A DNA stretch of 64,000 nt from contig CBDCDS010000003.1 of the NCBI GenBank assembly GCA_965215365.1, positions 1,472,001 to 1,536,000 on the forward strand, written 5' to 3'. Positions 61,425 to 64,000 of the stretch are shown in pieces. Both the position numbers and the translations under genes were made by a program. The notes under the pieces were generated by a model that saw only the letters and a program-made list of their open reading frames with translations, was not told where the DNA came from and ran no database searches. Within the stretch, counting starts at the first letter, position 1, and each line of letters starts with the position of its first letter. The stretch comes from Gammaproteobacteria bacterium. Lineage in GTDB: Bacteria; Pseudomonadota; Gammaproteobacteria; Eutrophobiales; Eutrophobiaceae.

Positions 61425-62186
61425 TCAGCCCGGCGCCGGGATGCCGTATTTTTCGGGATAATTGACACCGACAAGATACAGCCCGTCCGGCGCTGCGGTG
61501 ACACCGCCACGTTCCCGGCTCCGCGCCGCAAGCACCTCCTGTTCCCAGCCCGGTGCCTGCTTGCCCATGCCGATGGCCATCAACACGCCGGCGATGTTAC
61601 GTACCATGTGGTGCAGAAAGGCGTTCGCCTTGATGATAATCAAGACCTGCTCATTGCTGCGTTCGACGCTGATATCCATAACGTTTCTGACAGGTGATTT
61701 TGCCTGGCAGGATGTTGCCCGGTAGGAGGTAAAATCATGCTCGCCGAGCAGGGACAGGGCGGCCCGGGCCATCTTCCCGGCATCCAGGGGACGGCATTCC
61801 CAGGTGACGCGGGCCTGATCCAGACCGGGGCGGGCGGGCCGATTCAGGATGATGTATTGATAAACGCGGCTCGTTGCCGTGTAACGGGCATGGAAATCCG
61901 CCGGCACGGGCCTGGCCCAAGTCAGGCTGATGTCGGCCGGCAGCCGGGTATTGGCGCCCAGCACCCAGGCATGAAGCGGGCGCGCGGCCTCCGATTCGAA
62001 ATGAATAACCTGATTCAGCGCATGCACCCCTGCGTCGGTCCTGCCGGCGCAGGTGACCACAAGCGAATGGTCGGCAACGGCTGACAACGCGGCTGCTACA
62101 CACTCCTGTACCGAGGTCGCATGTTTTTGCAGTTGCCAGCCGCAATAACGGGACCCGTCATATTCAACGCCTGCGGCAATTTTCAT
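61425..62186 (-). CDS. truA: tRNA pseudouridine(38-40) synthase
   Basis: YDGS, AGRTDAGVHA, FHAR, FLHHMVRNI. Confidence 0.98.
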   Translation of the reverse strand: MKIAAGVEYDGSRYCGWQLQKHATSVQECVAAALSAVADHSLVVTCAGRTDAGVHALNQVIHFESEAARPLHAWVLGANTRLPADISLTWARPVPADFHARYTATSRVYQYIILNRPARPGLDQARVTWECRPLDAGKMARAALSLLGEHDFTSYRATSCQAKSPVRNVMDISVERSNEQVLIIIKANAFLHHMVRNIAGVLMAIGMGKQAPGWEQEVLAARSRERGGVTAAPDGLYLVGVNYPEKYGIPAPG

Positions 62187-62210
62187 TATCCCGACCCGGC
62201 GCCCTTTTTG

Positions 62211-63995
62211 TCATGCCGCGCCCGGGTCGCCATCTGCATCGGCCCGCTGCAGTAACTGCCGGGCCTCTTCCCGTTGCGCCGCGTTGCCCTCTGCCAGAAC
62301 CTCATCCAGTATGGAATGGACGTTCTCGGTATCGCCAAGGTCGAGGTAGGCGCGGGCCAGTTCGAGCTTGTTCCAGACCAGGTCTTCTGCCTCTTCCTCG
62401 TCTTCGGGCTCGGGCTCTTCATTCTGCCCGCCGGCGCGTTCCAGCACGGGAAATTCCAGCTCTTCGACGGCAATATCCTGATCTTTCCGGGTGAAGAGCC
62501 CTAGTTCTTCGGCTTGCTCAGCTTCATCTTTGTCCATGAAGAGTTCCGGTGCTTCGGTGTCCTCGTCCTTATCTTCACCCGCAAAGAATTCCGGTGCTTT
62601 GGCTTCTTCGTCCTTATCCTTGTCGGCGAAGAGTTCCGGTTCTGCAGCTTCCCCGGCCTTGGTTGGTGCCGCGGACATGTCCGTGTTGTTACCGGTGCGC
62701 TTGAGCGCATCGGGGAAATCCGAGCGGATTGAGGCAGCGGGAGATGCCAAACCCTTGGGGTGCGCCGTTTTAATCCGCAACAGCAACCAGCCCAACAGTA
62801 TCAGCAGCGCCAGCACACACGCGGACGCGATGCGCCAGTGACTCCGGGCCAGCTCCGGCAGCGCAGCAAACAAGGCTTGCGCCTGCGCCGGCAAGCCGGG
62901 CCCCGGTTCTGCCTGAGCCTGTATGCGCTGCTCCTGTATCGCAGCCAGTTCATCATCCTTGATTTCAACCAGACGCTTGAGCTCGTCAATGGCACCCTCG
63001 GCTGTGACCAGCCGGTCGGCCAATTCAGTATTTTCCCGGGATAACTGCTCGTTTGCCAGCGTCAGCGCGTGGGTCTGTTGTTGGGCTTGCTCCTCGGCTT
63101 GAGCGGGTGCGCTGACCGCGCCCGCCTGTTGCGCCTCCGGGCTTTCGTCGCTGAGCGGCGCCAGACGTAATTCCGCCGCACTGGCGCGCGCTTGAGGCGA
63201 CTGCTGTGGTTCCGCCGCCAGCGGCGGATAACCACGCGTCAGGCGCCACACGTTGTTTTGCGCCAGCACTTCGGCATAGGCCTGTGCCGCGCTCAGCGCC
63301 TGTAGTTCGGACGCAGCGGGTATCGACAAGGTGGCGCCGGCCCGTAACCAGTTGATATTGTCCTCACTGAAGGCCTGCGGGTTGGCGCGCAACAGGGCCA
63401 ACATCATCTGATTGATGGTGACGGACTGTTGCGGACGCAGCTCGCGGGCAATTTCCCACAAGGTGTCGCCGCGGACTACGTCATAACTGTCAGGTTGCCG
63501 GATAGCTGCGGGAGTATCGTCCGGCTCAGCATCCGCGTTGTCGGTGACGATGAGCAGGTCCGGCCCTGCCGCCGGCGTCGCCGGTTGCGCGGCTGTTTGG
63601 GGCGCCGGCTCGAGCTCCAGGGTATATTCCCGGAACAGGCGGCCCCGTTCCCAGGCGACTGTTAATAAAATATGCAGGCGCGCAACCGGCAACGCCTCAT
63701 CGGTAGAGATGCGAATGGACAGCGCATCGCCGGTGCCGCGTTGCAACTCAAATTGCAAGCGATCCAACGTGGGAGTCCATTCGATGCCGGCCCAGCGGAA
63801 GCCTTCCATATCAGCCAGACTGACGCTGAGGCTGTCGCGCACCTCCGCGGCGATATCGGTCACGGCTATTTCCGCTGCCAGCGGCTCGCCCGGCTCCGAC
63901 TTCAGCGTGACGTTGCCCAGGTTCAGGGCCAGCGCCCAGGCCGGCATCAACAACAGCGGCAGGCCACTCAATACTCTTGTCTTCATCTGTCTCAT
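62211..63995 (-). CDS. fimV: FimV/HubP polar landmark protein
   Basis: Signal peptide + LG...S..GEPL, LysM GDTLWEIA..QMMLAL..ANP.AF..NIN, TM helix, acidic region, C-terminal KLELARAYLDLGD. Confidence 0.93.
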   Translation of the reverse strand: MRQMKTRVLSGLPLLLMPAWALALNLGNVTLKSEPGEPLAAEIAVTDIAAEVRDSLSVSLADMEGFRWAGIEWTPTLDRLQFELQRGTGDALSIRISTDEALPVARLHILLTVAWERGRLFREYTLELEPAPQTAAQPATPAAGPDLLIVTDNADAEPDDTPAAIRQPDSYDVVRGDTLWEIARELRPQQSVTINQMMLALLRANPQAFSEDNINWLRAGATLSIPAASELQALSAAQAYAEVLAQNNVWRLTRGYPPLAAEPQQSPQARASAAELRLAPLSDESPEAQQAGAVSAPAQAEEQAQQQTHALTLANEQLSRENTELADRLVTAEGAIDELKRLVEIKDDELAAIQEQRIQAQAEPGPGLPAQAQALFAALPELARSHWRIASACVLALLILLGWLLLRIKTAHPKGLASPAASIRSDFPDALKRTGNNTDMSAAPTKAGEAAEPELFADKDKDEEAKAPEFFAGEDKDEDTEAPELFMDKDEAEQAEELGLFTRKDQDIAVEELEFPVLERAGGQNEEPEPEDEEEAEDLVWNKLELARAYLDLGDTENVHSILDEVLAEGNAAQREEARQLLQRADADGDPGAA

Positions 63996-64000
63996 TGCGT

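Overview
Chromosomal window from a GC-rich gammaproteobacterium. The housekeeping backbone is tuf-tRNA(Trp)-secE-nusG-rplKAJL-rpoBC; prmB, htpG, mutS-fdxA, nhaA; nth-rnfE-mpl, dps; rppH, mdh-gltA, sucAB-lpdA, phaA-phaR; and fimV-truA-trpF...trpA-accD-folC-dedD-cvpA-purF. Four accessory patches interrupt it. (1) An unexplained four-gene metabolic cluster follows rpoC. (2) A RES-Xre toxin-antitoxin pair sits beside a type II RM cassette that lies between the two ends of a destroyed Eco57I-like gene. (3) A broken mazEF lies next to an intact, AT-richer three-gene operon, DruA-like (DUF4338)-NurA-HerA, the best candidate for an undescribed defence system. (4) A 4.4 kb mosaic occupies the usual trpB position: IS481, an ISNCY end, cas1 and type II-B cas9 5' stubs, DUF2442 and an AbiEii TA pair. 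A 239-bp structured MITE occurs three times, plus remnants, and its termini carry an outward-reading RBS+ATG. Family calls come from motif recognition by eye; no database searches were run.
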